The position numbers were made by a program, and so were the translations under genes. The notes below the pieces were generated by a model. That model ran no database searches. It was given only the letters and a program-made list of their open reading frames with translations, and had not been told where the DNA came from. From Octopus sinensis (lineage: Eukaryota): a DNA stretch of 64,000 nucleotides. This document shows, piece by piece, positions 63,817-64,000 of this stretch. Numbering within the stretch: the stretch's first letter is position 1; each line of letters starts with the position of its first letter. The stretch is taken from assembly GCF_006345805.1 (NCBI RefSeq), contig NC_043015.1, positions 12,462,001 through 12,526,000 of the forward strand. The letters run 5' to 3'.

Positions 63817-63861
63817 GTACAACATATGTTTTGACCCATCAGTCTGGGTCTCTTCAGGTAC
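63817..63861 (-). ncRNA. Minimal hammerhead motif, probably inactivated (G12A)
   Basis: On the - strand: GTAC CTGAAGA GACCCA-gactga-TGGGTC AAAA CATATG TT GTAC. Confidence 0.65.
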
Positions 63862-64000
63862 ACTGATAAAGATGTCTCACTAGAGATTTTTAGTGTCAGC
63901 TGGCTTGTTATTATATGCCCATCAAGTTTGGGGATGAATAAATGCAAATATAGGAATGCAAAAAAATTCAAATATGAATGTGGAAATCTTGCATTCCAGT

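Noticed and set aside
1-64000. Most short ORFs in the supplied track
   Set aside because: They run through microsatellites, SINEs or the antisense strand of LINEs ([15 protein letters not shown] peptides) and have no protein motifs or splice support.

Overview
AT-rich, repeat-dense animal genomic DNA. The SINE/LINE repertoire and (TA)n/(CA)n content suggest an octopod cephalopod (Octopus-like); this is an inference. Bases ~2259-38852 (+) hold the last 18 coding exons of a UBE3C-type HECT E3 ubiquitin ligase. All introns are GT-AG with consistent phases, giving ~890 codons that end in ...[14 protein letters not shown]...GFELS*; the 5' exons lie upstream of the window. A young, 5'-truncated CR1-like LINE (47115-50193, -) has a near-intact EN+RT ORF2, and its ORF1/ORF2 overlap carries an in-frame G_GGA_AAC slippery heptamer. 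A CpG-richer promoter-like region (~50250-50680) precedes a + strand gene whose first two exons encode tandem SUMO-interacting-motif-like peptides. The terminal exon of a convergent VWC2/brorin-like gene lies at 61385-61551 (-). Introns and intergenic DNA contain mariner and Tc1 relics, Helitron-like elements, TTAA and TA MITEs, RTE LINE fragments and tRNA-derived SINEs. The most notable signal is several unrelated families of short, mostly (TA)n-embedded, palindromic elements with minimal hammerhead-ribozyme motifs on both strands, probably Penelope-like retroelement ends. One family has a compensatory G3-C8 swap in the catalytic core.
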